Made by a program: the position numbers and the translations under genes | In this document: in pieces, positions 16,925-25,348 of the stretch | How positions within the stretch are numbered: the stretch's first letter is position 1 | Layout: the number at the start of each line of letters is the position of its first letter | Notes under the pieces: model-generated | Seen by the model: the letters and a program-made list of their open reading frames with translations, nothing else | What the model was told of the DNA's origin: nothing | The model's database searches: none | Source of the DNA: Betaproteobacteria bacterium | GTDB taxonomy: Bacteria > Pseudomonadota > Gammaproteobacteria > Burkholderiales > Gallionellaceae | NCBI GenBank assembly: GCA_020055845.1 | Contig: JAGVIV010000017.1 | Location: 1-49,433 of the forward strand | Direction: 5' to 3' | Length of the DNA stretch: 49,433 bases

Positions 16925-18199
16925 ATGGTTCCTCATCTCACTACCGCATTAAAAGGCCCGTTGCTGGACTTGGAGCAGCGTATCCTCACGGCACAGCCGA
17001 CCATCGAGCATTGGTTTCGCACGCAATGGTTGGAGCACACGCCGCCGTTTTATTCTTCCGTCGATCTGCGCAATAGCGGTTTTAAACTTGCGCCCGTCGA
17101 TACCAATTTGTTTCCCGGCGGCTTCAACAATCTCAATCCCGACTTTCTTCCGCTGTGCGTGCTGGCTATGCAGTCGGCTGTGGAGAAGGTGTGCCCTGAA
17201 GCGCGCGGGGTATTGCTGATTCCGGAGAATCACACGCGCAATCAGTTCTATCTGCAAAACGTGGCGCAGCTCGTTACCATCCTCAAACAGGCGGGCATGC
17301 GTGTGCGCGTCGGTTCTTTGCTGCCGGAGATCACACAGCCCACCACGCTGGAATTGACGAATGGCAACTCCTTGACGCTGGAACCGCTGGTGCGCACCGG
17401 TAACCGTTTGGGTCTTACGGATTTTGATCCCTGTGTCGTTGTGCTCAACAATGATCTCTCGGCGGGTGTGCCGGACATTTTGAAAAATCTGGAACAGACC
17501 GTTTTGCCTCCGTTGGAGGCTGGCTGGTATGCGCGGCGCAAGTCCAAACATTTCGCGGCGTATCACCAAGTGAGTAATCAATTTGCTGAGATGCTCGGCA
17601 TTGACCCGTGGTTGATTGATCCGTACTTTGCCGTATGCAACCAGATTAATTTTCAGGAGCGTGTAGGTGAGGAATGCCTTGCTGCGCAAGTGGATAGCGT
17701 GTTGCAGCAGATACGGGTGAAGTACAACGAATACGGTGTGAAGCACGACCCCTTCGTGATTGTGAAGGCGGATGCGGGAACCTATGGCATGGGCATCATG
17801 ACGGTGAAAGATGCCAGCGAGGTGCGCGACCTCAATCGCAAGCAGCGCAACAAAATGGCCGTGGTCAAAGAGGGGCTGCAAGTCTCCGATGTGTTGATTC
17901 AGGAAGGAGTTTACACCTTCGAAAATCTGGCGGATGCGGTGGCAGAACCGGTGGTGTACATGATAGACCGTCATGTGGTGGGCGGTTTTTATCGCGTCCA
18001 CACCGAGCGCGGCATGGATGAAAACCTCAATGCGCCGGGGATGCGTTTTGAGCCGCTGGCATTCGAGCAGTGCTGTACTTTGCCCAATCCAAATTGCGAG
18101 CCGGACGATATGCCGAACCGTTTTTATGCCTACGGCGTGGTGGCGCGTCTCGCGATGTTGGCGGCTTCGCTGGAATTGGAAGAAATGATCGTCGCATGA
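16925..18199 (+). CDS. gshA: glutamate--cysteine ligase (the short GshA family seen in Acidithiobacillus and betaproteobacteria)
   Basis: 424 aa. The N-terminal block FYSSVDLRNSGFKLAPVDTNLFPGGFNNL and its size match my recollection of this GshA family. Call is from memory only. Confidence 0.6.
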   Translation: MVPHLTTALKGPLLDLEQRILTAQPTIEHWFRTQWLEHTPPFYSSVDLRNSGFKLAPVDTNLFPGGFNNLNPDFLPLCVLAMQSAVEKVCPEARGVLLIPENHTRNQFYLQNVAQLVTILKQAGMRVRVGSLLPEITQPTTLELTNGNSLTLEPLVRTGNRLGLTDFDPCVVVLNNDLSAGVPDILKNLEQTVLPPLEAGWYARRKSKHFAAYHQVSNQFAEMLGIDPWLIDPYFAVCNQINFQERVGEECLAAQVDSVLQQIRVKYNEYGVKHDPFVIVKADAGTYGMGIMTVKDASEVRDLNRKQRNKMAVVKEGLQVSDVLIQEGVYTFENLADAVAEPVVYMIDRHVVGGFYRVHTERGMDENLNAPGMRFEPLAFEQCCTLPNPNCEPDDMPNRFYAYGVVARLAMLAASLELEEMIVA

Positions 18200-19347
18200 G
18201 TTCAACACCTTTCACCACAGAGACAGTGCGTGTGTTGTTGGCGCTTCAGCGCCGTGCAACCACGGCCTACTCCTCGCGGGTGCAGAGACACAGAGAACAC
18301 CGATTCAGATTTTTGTTTGTCTCTGTGTCTCTGTGTCTCTGTGGTGTAATTTTTTTTCTTTCCGGCTGTGGCAAAGAGCCGCTCTATCAGGAAGAAAGCT
18401 ACGTCTTCGGTACTCGCGTCGAGGTCACTATTTATGGTGATGACGAGACGCACGCAAGGGCGGCGATTGCTTCGGTGATGCATGAGTTTCAGCGTTTGCA
18501 CGATCTGCTGCATGCATGGAAACCCTCGGAGTTAAGCGCGCTGAATACAGCTATTGCCCAAGGCAAGGGCAGAGAGGTGTCGCCTGAAGTGGCTGCGATG
18601 TTGCAGGATGCGGCGCGTGTTTCGGCGCAATCTGGCGGCTTGTTTAACCCGGCAATCGGTGGTCTGATTCAGGCGTGGGGATTTCAGGCTGACGAGTTTA
18701 AGGCGGAGTTGCCGGATGCCAATAAAGTTTCGGCGCTGGTACAGGTGAATCCGCAGATGAGTGATCTCGTATTCAAGGGTTCCGAAGTGCGGAGTAAAAA
18801 CAGGGCCGTGCAACTGGATTTGGGGGGGTATGCCAAAGGTTATGCCCTGGATCGTGCAGCAATCCTTCTGAAGCAACAGGGCATCCACAATGCACTGATC
18901 AACATCGGCGGCAATGTGCTGGCACTGGGACAGCACGGTTCGAGACCTTGGCGCGTGGGCATTCAGAATCCGCGCAAGCCGGGGCCGTTGGCAACGCTGG
19001 AACTGCGCGACGGCGAGGCCATTGGTACATCGGGCGATTATCAGCGATTTTTTGAATTCAACGGCAAGCGTTATTGTCACTTGATTGACCCGCGCAGCGG
19101 CTATCCCGCACAGGGGGTGCAAGCCGTCACTATCCTGACTCACGGTGAACATGCGGGCTTGTTGTCGGATGGGGCTTCCAAGCCGCTGTTCATTTTCGGC
19201 GCGGCTGGTTGGCTGGAGGCGGCGAACAGGATGCAGCTGACCGAGGCATTGTTGATCGACGCGGACGGTGTGGTTCACCTTACCGCTGCATTGCAGAAAC
19301 GGCTAGAATTCACGGATAAGTCCACGGTTAGGAAAGTCGAGCCATGA
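18196..19347 (+). CDS. apbE: FAD:protein FMN transferase (ApbE family lipoprotein)
   Basis: Lipobox FFLSGC (Cys codon 18367-18369) with ApbE motifs DLGGYAKGYALD and GTSGDYQRFF. The start is uncertain. The ATG at 18196 overlaps the gshA stop (ATGA). An in-frame GTG at 18280 would give a conventional 29-aa lipoprotein signal peptide. Confidence 0.8.
   Translation: MSSTPFTTETVRVLLALQRRATTAYSSRVQRHREHRFRFLFVSVSLCLCGVIFFLSGCGKEPLYQEESYVFGTRVEVTIYGDDETHARAAIASVMHEFQRLHDLLHAWKPSELSALNTAIAQGKGREVSPEVAAMLQDAARVSAQSGGLFNPAIGGLIQAWGFQADEFKAELPDANKVSALVQVNPQMSDLVFKGSEVRSKNRAVQLDLGGYAKGYALDRAAILLKQQGIHNALINIGGNVLALGQHGSRPWRVGIQNPRKPGPLATLELRDGEAIGTSGDYQRFFEFNGKRYCHLIDPRSGYPAQGVQAVTILTHGEHAGLLSDGASKPLFIFGAAGWLEAANRMQLTEALLIDADGVVHLTAALQKRLEFTDKSTVRKVEP
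18283..18342. repeat. (GTCTCTGT)x3 tandem repeat plus its 14-bp inverted copy
   Basis: GTCTCTGT occurs three times in perfect tandem at 18319-18342. CAGAGACACAGAGA (18283-18296) is the exact reverse complement of TCTCTGTGTCTCTG (18320-18333, and again at 18328-18341). Confidence 0.9.
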
Positions 19348-19550
19348 GTACGCCGCAGGAAGATGCGCTACAGGAAAATATCCGCCGCACGGCAAGTGTG
19401 CATGCACTCAGGGAGATTCACGCCATCGTGGATGAAGAGCGCAAGACGGAAGCGTTGGTGGGGCGTGTGCTGCATGCGTTTTTGCTCTATGGTTGGTTGG
19501 TGCTGTTGTTGCTCGCGGGAATCATGGCGCATTTTATGGGAGTGATTTAA
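19344..19550 (+). CDS. hypothetical 68-aa protein with a C-terminal transmembrane helix
   Basis: The ATG overlaps the apbE stop (ATGA), and its stop directly abuts the EIIA start. It has an amphipathic charged N-half, then LHAFLLYGWLVLLLLAGIMAHFMGVI. Confidence 0.4.
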   Translation: MSTPQEDALQENIRRTASVHALREIHAIVDEERKTEALVGRVLHAFLLYGWLVLLLLAGIMAHFMGVI

Positions 19551-19982
19551 TTGGTCGGTATTTTGTTGGTTACGCATAACGGTCTCGGCGATAGCCTGGT
19601 CGACTGTGTGCGCCATGTGATGGGCAGCGCGCCTTCGCATGTGAAAGTTTTATCCGTGCTGGGTAGCGATGACCCGCAGGCAAAAGAAGCGGAGGGGCGT
19701 GAGCTTGTCGCCCAGCTCGATACCGGCAAAGGCGTGCTGGTTTTGTGTGATGTGTTCGGCGCTACCCCCAGTAATATTGCCCGGAGACTGTACGAGCCCG
19801 GGCGCGTGGAGGGAGTGGCGGGAGTCAACCTGCCGATGTTGCTGCGTGTGGCAGTGTGTAGCCGTGATAGGCCGTTGGCCGAGATGGCGCAGCGTGCGCT
19901 GGATGGCGGCCGTGAATGTATCGTTCCGATGAACTCAGAATCTAAGGACTGTGATGTTGCAACAAGATGCGCTGATAATTAA
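19551..19982 (+). CDS. PTS EIIA component, mannose/fructose family
   Basis: 143 aa with a TTG start. The N-terminus VGILLVTHNGLGDSL carries the EIIA-Man phospho-His context. It sits directly upstream of HPr and EI. Confidence 0.75.
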   Translation: MVGILLVTHNGLGDSLVDCVRHVMGSAPSHVKVLSVLGSDDPQAKEAEGRELVAQLDTGKGVLVLCDVFGATPSNIARRLYEPGRVEGVAGVNLPMLLRVAVCSRDRPLAEMAQRALDGGRECIVPMNSESKDCDVATRCADN

Positions 19983-20223
19983 CAAACTGGGGCTGCATGC
20001 GCGTGCTTCCGCCAAACTTACCCAACTCGCCTCGCAGTTTCCCTGTGAGGTGTGGCTGTCGCGCAATGGTCGCCGTATTAACGCCAAAAGTATCATGGGC
20101 GTGATGATGCTGGCCGCGGCCAAGGGTTCTACCGTCGCGATTGAGATTAATGGCGAACGAGAGCAAGAGGCGATGGATGCGATTGTTGCGCTGATCAACG
20201 ACTATTTCGGGGAGGGCGAATGA
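19951..20223 (+). CDS. ptsH: HPr-family phosphocarrier protein
   Basis: 90 aa with a His-15 context (NKLGLHARAS) and a Ser-46 context (INAKSIMGVMML). Overlaps the EIIA 3' end by 32 nt. Confidence 0.85.
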   Translation: MMLQQDALIINKLGLHARASAKLTQLASQFPCEVWLSRNGRRINAKSIMGVMMLAAAKGSTVAIEINGEREQEAMDAIVALINDYFGEGE

Positions 20224-21944
20224 GTTTCGCTTTGCATGGTCTGCCGGTTTCGCGCGGTATCGCCATCGGATATGCGCATCTGGTGTCGCATGCGGCGCTG
20301 GAGGTTACGCACTATGTCCTGCCCAAACATTTGGTGCACGAGGAGCTTGCGCGTTTGGATGAGGCGCTGGAAACGACGCGCAAAGAATTGGCCGGATTGC
20401 GTGATTTTCGTCCGCAACAGGCGGCAGCAGAATTTGATGCTTTTCTAGATTTGCATTTGATGATTCTCCAGGACGAGCACATCAGCACTGCGGCGCGCGA
20501 CATGGTCGCACGCGAACAGTGCAATGCGGAATGGGCGCTTAAAACGCAAATGGAAGCATTGGTCGCGCAATTTGAAGCATTTGAGGATGCCTATTTGCGC
20601 GAGCGGAAGACCGATGTGGTACAGGTCGTAGAGCGCATACTTAAAACCATGAGCGGCCAACCCGGCCATACGCCGCCGAGCGCGCAGCATGATTTGAACC
20701 TGATTCTGGTGGCGCACGATGTCAGTCCCGCCGACCTTATCCAGCTGAAGCCGCACCAGTTCTCCGCCATTCTCACGGACCTAGGCGGAGCCACCTCGCA
20801 TACGGCCATCGTTGCGCGCGGTTTGAATACGCCTTGCGTGGTCGGTTTGCATCATGCGCGCGAGTTGATCAAAGACAATGACATGCTCATTGTGGACGGC
20901 GAGCACGGTGTGGTGTTGGTCAATCCCGACAAGCAGCTGCTCGCGGAGTACAAGCTGCGCCACAGCCAGTTGGAGTTGGAGCGGCAAAAGCTCAAGCGTC
21001 TGAAAACCGCGCATGCGACCACCATGGATGGTACCCATATCGAACTGCACGCCAACATCGAGATGCCTCACGATCTCGTTGATGTGAAGGAGAACGGCGC
21101 GACGGGGATCGGCTTATTCCGGAGCGAGTTTTTGTTTCTGAATCGCGATACCTTGCCGGACGAAGAAGAGCAATTCGAGGCTTATCGCGCCGTGGTTGAG
21201 GGCATGGATGGCTTGCCTGTCACCATACGCACTTTCGATTTGGGCGCGGACAAGCAGATCAAGGGGGCAGTGCGTGTTGCCAGCAATCCGGCCCTGGGTC
21301 TGCGCGCGATACGTTTGTGCTTGTCCGAACCGCTGCTGTTCCGCACCCAATTGCGCGCTCTGTTGCGCGCCTCGACCTACGGCAATCTAAAAATTCTGGT
21401 GCCGATGTTGTCCGGGGCCTCGGAGATCATGCAAACCCTGCAATTCATCGAGACAGTCAAGCATGACTTGGCTGCAGAGGGTATCGCATACAACCCGAAG
21501 TTGCCGATAGGCGGGATGATTGAAATCCCGGCTGCAGCGCTGGCGCTTAATGTGTTCGTGAAGAAGTTGGACTTCCTTTCCATTGGTACCAATGACTTGA
21601 TTCAGTACACATTGGCCATCGACCGTACCGATGAAGAGGTGGCGCATCTGTATGACCCTCTGCATCCGGCGGTGTTGCACTTGTTGGCGCATGTGATCAG
21701 CGGTGCCAATAAAGCCGGTGTGCCGGTTTCGGTATGCGGCGAGATGGCCGGTGAACTTGCATATACGCGTTTGCTGTTGGGGCTTGGTTTGCGCCAGTTC
21801 TCCATGAATCCGGCACAACTGTTGGCCACTAAGCAGCGTGTGCTTACCACCAGTCTGCCGGAGATATTGCCGCTTACATTAAAGCTCTTGCGAGCGGAAG
21901 ATCCGCTCAAGATACAAGATATGCTGCTGCGTCTGAATGCCTGA
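20220..21944 (+). CDS. ptsI: phosphoenolpyruvate--protein phosphotransferase (PTS Enzyme I)
   Basis: 574 aa with the active-site His context GGATSHTAIVARGL and the PEP-utiliser motif FLSIGTNDLIQYTLA. ATGA overlap with the HPr stop. Confidence 0.9.
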   Translation: MSFALHGLPVSRGIAIGYAHLVSHAALEVTHYVLPKHLVHEELARLDEALETTRKELAGLRDFRPQQAAAEFDAFLDLHLMILQDEHISTAARDMVAREQCNAEWALKTQMEALVAQFEAFEDAYLRERKTDVVQVVERILKTMSGQPGHTPPSAQHDLNLILVAHDVSPADLIQLKPHQFSAILTDLGGATSHTAIVARGLNTPCVVGLHHARELIKDNDMLIVDGEHGVVLVNPDKQLLAEYKLRHSQLELERQKLKRLKTAHATTMDGTHIELHANIEMPHDLVDVKENGATGIGLFRSEFLFLNRDTLPDEEEQFEAYRAVVEGMDGLPVTIRTFDLGADKQIKGAVRVASNPALGLRAIRLCLSEPLLFRTQLRALLRASTYGNLKILVPMLSGASEIMQTLQFIETVKHDLAAEGIAYNPKLPIGGMIEIPAAALALNVFVKKLDFLSIGTNDLIQYTLAIDRTDEEVAHLYDPLHPAVLHLLAHVISGANKAGVPVSVCGEMAGELAYTRLLLGLGLRQFSMNPAQLLATKQRVLTTSLPEILPLTLKLLRAEDPLKIQDMLLRLNA

Positions 21945-22025
21945 CGTTGAGCGGCGCAGAGGGGCTTGCTATACTGCCCGAATAAATCAATGACAATGCT
22001 CCACGGGGGCAGGGGGATGAATAAT

Positions 22026-22670
22026 ATGGAACAAGCGCGCTTCAATATGGTTGAACAGCAAATCCGTCCTTGGGATGTGCTTGATGCGGATGTGCTCGAT
22101 TTGTTGAAAAAGATAAAGCGCGAGCAGTTCGTGCCTGCAGAGCAGCGCAGTCTGACGTTTATGGATCTGGATGTTCCTTTGGGTCACGGCGCTAAAATGT
22201 GGCAGCCCAAGCTGGAAGCGCGCGCACTGCAAGCGTTGGATCTGCAGCACGGCGACCGTGTATTGGAGGTCGGCAGCGGCAGCGGTTATCTGACCGCATT
22301 GTTGTCCCATTTTGCTGCGCATGTGACGAGTGTGGAAATCGTCGCGGAACTGCACGCGATGGCCAAGCGCAATCTTGCCGCACAGCATATTGATAATGTC
22401 ACGTTGGAGATCGGTGATGCCGCGACCACTTGGGGCGACGCTCAATATAATGCCATCGTGTTGACCGGGTCGGTGCCGCTGCAGCCGACAGCGCTTATGA
22501 ATAGCCTCAAAGTGGGCGGACGCTTGTTTGCGGTGATCGGTGATGCTCCGGCGATGCATGCCTGTTTAATCACGCGTACGGGGCCAGATGCGTTTACGAG
22601 CAAGACGCTGTTTGAAACGAATGTCGAAGCATTGCGGAACGCACCACAGCCGCAGCGCTTTGTTTTTTGA
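22026..22670 (+). CDS. protein-L-isoaspartate O-methyltransferase-family protein
   Basis: SAM motif VLEVGSGSGYLTALL. The ATG at 22026 lies 8 nt after the AGGGGGA SD, and the longer track start has no SD. This may be the pcm-like paralogue often found next to tolC. Confidence 0.7.
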   Translation: MEQARFNMVEQQIRPWDVLDADVLDLLKKIKREQFVPAEQRSLTFMDLDVPLGHGAKMWQPKLEARALQALDLQHGDRVLEVGSGSGYLTALLSHFAAHVTSVEIVAELHAMAKRNLAAQHIDNVTLEIGDAATTWGDAQYNAIVLTGSVPLQPTALMNSLKVGGRLFAVIGDAPAMHACLITRTGPDAFTSKTLFETNVEALRNAPQPQRFVF

Positions 22671-22706
22671 CGGCATCCCGTTAGTCTTGAAACAGGATTG
22701 TATTGC

Positions 22707-22736
22707 GAGTAATATTAGAAATATCTAATATTACTC
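22707..22736. repeat. perfect 12-bp inverted repeat (GAGTAATATTAG-N6-CTAATATTACTC) between the pcm-like gene and tolC
   Basis: The arms at 22707-22718 and 22725-22736 are exact reverse complements. Very AT-rich, with no U-tract after it. Lies 16 nt upstream of the tolC ATG. Confidence 0.9.
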
Positions 22737-22751
22737 CGCGCGGTATAAAAA

Positions 22752-24077
22752 ATGAAACTGACCAGATCTGCATTGCTCGTATTGGCGGTGCTTTCCTCTA
22801 CTCCGGTGTTCGCCTCGGATCTGCTTGACGCCTATCGTTCCGCATTGAGTCAGGATGCCGCTTTTGCAGCGGCACGTGCCGCGCAGCAGGGTGGGCGGGA
22901 AAAGAAGTCGCAAGGACTTGCTCTATTAATGCCGAATGTAAATCTGACGGCGAACTCCACTTACAACGATATTGATACGCAATACACCGGCGGCGCGCGC
23001 GCGCTGCAGTACAACAATTCAGGTTACGGTGTCAGTCTGGTGCAGCCGCTGTTCCGGCAGCAGGCGTGGATGTCTTATAGTGAATCTGAACTGCAAGTCG
23101 TCATTTCCGAGGCGCAATATAAAGCGGCGGAACATGACCTTATCTTGCGTGTGGCCCAAAGCTATTTTGAAGTGCTGATGGCGCAAGACAGTGTGCAACT
23201 GACCGAGGCGCAGAAAAAAGCCATCTCGGAACAGCTGGAACAGGCCAAGCGAAATTTCGAAGTGGGCACTTCCACAATCACCGATACTTATGAAGCGCAA
23301 GCACGCTACGATTTGGTGGTGGCGCAGGAGATCACCGCGCAGAGCAATCTTGAAATCAAGCAACGCAGCCTGCAACAGATTACCAACAGTGCATCTGTCG
23401 ATTTGCGCCAGCTGGGCAAGGGGTTGAGTTTGGACGCACCGCAGCCAAGCGATGTGGAAAAATGGGTTGAGAATGCGCAGCAACACAATTTGCAGGTCGC
23501 AATCGCGGCAGCGGCAGCCGAGTTGGCGGACAAAGAAGTATCAAGAACCATGGGCGGGCATTTGCCGACACTGGATTTAGTGGCAAATTACACGAAGAAT
23601 TCCTCAAATGGCGGTACGTTTACCGGGACTGGTTATGGTTCCGCCGAGACCACCAGCAAAGTCGTGGGTGTCCAGTTTAATTTGCCTCTGTTCCAAGGTG
23701 GGGCGACGCAGTCAAAGTATCGCGAAGCCGAAGCCGGACGGGATAAGGCCAGACAAGATCTGGAAAATACACGGCGTACGGTTGCGGTGCAAACGCGTCA
23801 GGCATATCTGGGGGTCGCCAACGGCATCGCGCAAGTGAAAGCTTTGCAGCAGGCATTGAAGTCGAGCGAGAGTTTGCTGGAGGCGAGCAAGCTGGGGCAG
23901 GGTGTAGGCGTGCGTACCAATCTGGATGTGCTCAATGCCCAGCAACAATTATTCTCGACGCGGCGTGATCTGTATCAGGCGGAGTACAACTATCTGCTGA
24001 GTCGTTTGCGTCTTAAGGCTGCAGTCGGCATGCTGGCCGAGGAAGATTTGGATAGCGTCAATCAAGCATTGCGTTAA
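22752..24077 (+). CDS. tolC: TolC-family outer-membrane efflux channel
   Basis: 441 aa with a signal peptide (LAVLSSTPVFASDL). It has two internally repeated OEP halves and conserved LL(D/E)AY and YNYLLSRLRLK segments. Confidence 0.85.
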   Translation: MKLTRSALLVLAVLSSTPVFASDLLDAYRSALSQDAAFAAARAAQQGGREKKSQGLALLMPNVNLTANSTYNDIDTQYTGGARALQYNNSGYGVSLVQPLFRQQAWMSYSESELQVVISEAQYKAAEHDLILRVAQSYFEVLMAQDSVQLTEAQKKAISEQLEQAKRNFEVGTSTITDTYEAQARYDLVVAQEITAQSNLEIKQRSLQQITNSASVDLRQLGKGLSLDAPQPSDVEKWVENAQQHNLQVAIAAAAAELADKEVSRTMGGHLPTLDLVANYTKNSSNGGTFTGTGYGSAETTSKVVGVQFNLPLFQGGATQSKYREAEAGRDKARQDLENTRRTVAVQTRQAYLGVANGIAQVKALQQALKSSESLLEASKLGQGVGVRTNLDVLNAQQQLFSTRRDLYQAEYNYLLSRLRLKAAVGMLAEEDLDSVNQALR

Positions 24078-25348
24078 GCGGTACTGATTGCCGCGTTCAC
24101 CTGAGCCAGAGCCCGACTGGTTGCGCCCTGATTTTCCTGCACAAACCGCAAGCCCGCTGTGCTCATCTCGTGCATATATTCCCAATCGGAAAACAACTTC
24201 TCTAATGCGGGCGTAATGGCATTCGCATTTTCTACGCGCAGTGCCCCGCCGCTTGCGATAGCCCGTTCACTGGCTTGTTCGAAATTATAGGTGTGCGGGC
24301 CAATCAATACGGGTTTGCCGAGTGCGCAGGCTTCGATGAGATTCTGCCCGCCGAACGGCAGTAAGCTGCCGCCGATAAAAGCCACGTCGCAGGCCGCGTA
24401 GTAGGCAAACATTTCTCCCATGGAATCCCCCAGCACGACCTGAGTATCCGCGTGGACGGGTGTATTGTCACTGCGCTTTTGTTGAGTGAAGCCAGCATGG
24501 CCGATGATTTTTTCGACATCATTGAAACGTTGCGGATGTCTGGGCACGATGACAAGGAGCAAGTTGTCTAGCTTGGAATGGTGCAGAGCCTCAAGAAGCA
24601 GTAGCTCTTCGCCGTCACGTGTGCTTGCGGCAAGCAATATTTTGCGATTGTCTCCGAATAACATCCGCAGCTTCCGTCCAAGTTCCAGCTGGGCGGCAGG
24701 CGCTTCAATGTCGAATTTTAAATTGCCCATGACGCTGACGTGTTCTCCACCCAGTGTACTTAAGCGTTGCGCATCAGCTTCTGTTTGTGCCGCAATGCCG
24801 CGCAGCTCGCCTAATCCCATGTGCGTTAATTTGGGGAAGTACGCATAACGCCGGGCCGATCTTTCGGAGAGCCGGGCATTGAGCAACAGCAAGGGTATTT
24901 GCTGGCACTTGCAGGCATGGATGAGGTTGAACCAGATTTCCGTTTCCAGCAGGATGCCGACACAGGGTTTGAAGTGGCGTAAAAATCGGTCTACCGCAAA
25001 GGGATAGTCATAGGGGAGGTAGACGCGAATCACCTTGTCGCCATAGAGCTGTTCGCCTGCCGCGCGTCCGGTCGGTGTGGTGTGCGTGAGTAACAAGGTG
25101 TGGCTCGGGTAAGTTTGCGATAAACGCTGGATCAGCGATGCGGCCGCACGTGTTTCGCCGACCGATACGGTATGTAACCAGATGACAGGCCGGGCTGCGT
25201 TGATAGAATAAAAGCCGAAACGCTCCGGGACATGGTGCAGGTATTCCGGCTGTTTGCCTCCGCGCCACAATAAATGGAAGGGGGTGTATGGCAGTAGCAG
25301 CCACAACACAAAGGTATAGAAATAGCGCGGATAGGCGAAATATTTCAT
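24074..25348 (-). CDS. waaA: 3-deoxy-D-manno-octulosonic acid (Kdo) transferase
   Basis: WLHTVSVGETRAA and GGSLLPFGGQN(L/P)IE motifs. The ATG at 25348 overlaps the stop of the upstream GT9 gene (ATGA). The longer track ORF adds an implausible N-extension. Confidence 0.85.
   Translation of the reverse strand: MKYFAYPRYFYTFVLWLLLPYTPFHLLWRGGKQPEYLHHVPERFGFYSINAARPVIWLHTVSVGETRAAASLIQRLSQTYPSHTLLLTHTTPTGRAAGEQLYGDKVIRVYLPYDYPFAVDRFLRHFKPCVGILLETEIWFNLIHACKCQQIPLLLLNARLSERSARRYAYFPKLTHMGLGELRGIAAQTEADAQRLSTLGGEHVSVMGNLKFDIEAPAAQLELGRKLRMLFGDNRKILLAASTRDGEELLLLEALHHSKLDNLLLVIVPRHPQRFNDVEKIIGHAGFTQQKRSDNTPVHADTQVVLGDSMGEMFAYYAACDVAFIGGSLLPFGGQNLIEACALGKPVLIGPHTYNFEQASERAIASGGALRVENANAITPALEKLFSDWEYMHEMSTAGLRFVQENQGATSRALAQVNAAISTA

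Noticed and set aside
18070-18195. The 425-aa apbE ORF extending 126 nt into gshA.
   Set aside because: The extension is read out of frame from the gshA C-terminus and has no ApbE-like sequence. The ATG at 18196 (ATGA coupling) or the GTG at 18280 are more plausible starts.
16949-18208. 419-aa ORF antisense to almost the whole of gshA. Similar long antisense ORFs lie opposite hemN (14217-15392, 391 aa), ccoI (9924-10973, 349 aa), ccoP (4797-5852, 351 aa) and ccoN (2888-3901, 337 aa).
   Set aside because: The sense-strand products carry clear family motifs. The antisense translations are rich in His, Arg and Gln, have low complexity, and show no motifs, SD sequences or independent boundaries. 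They are classic shadow ORFs, arising because the codons that would read as stops on the opposite strand are rare in the sense genes. Only Ribo-seq could overturn this.
24074-24077. Convergent tolC and waaA share their stop codons in a TTAA tetranucleotide, leaving no intergenic terminator.
   Set aside because: The observation is real but probably trivial. Short convergent overlaps are common, and it implies no specific mechanism beyond possible transcriptional interference.
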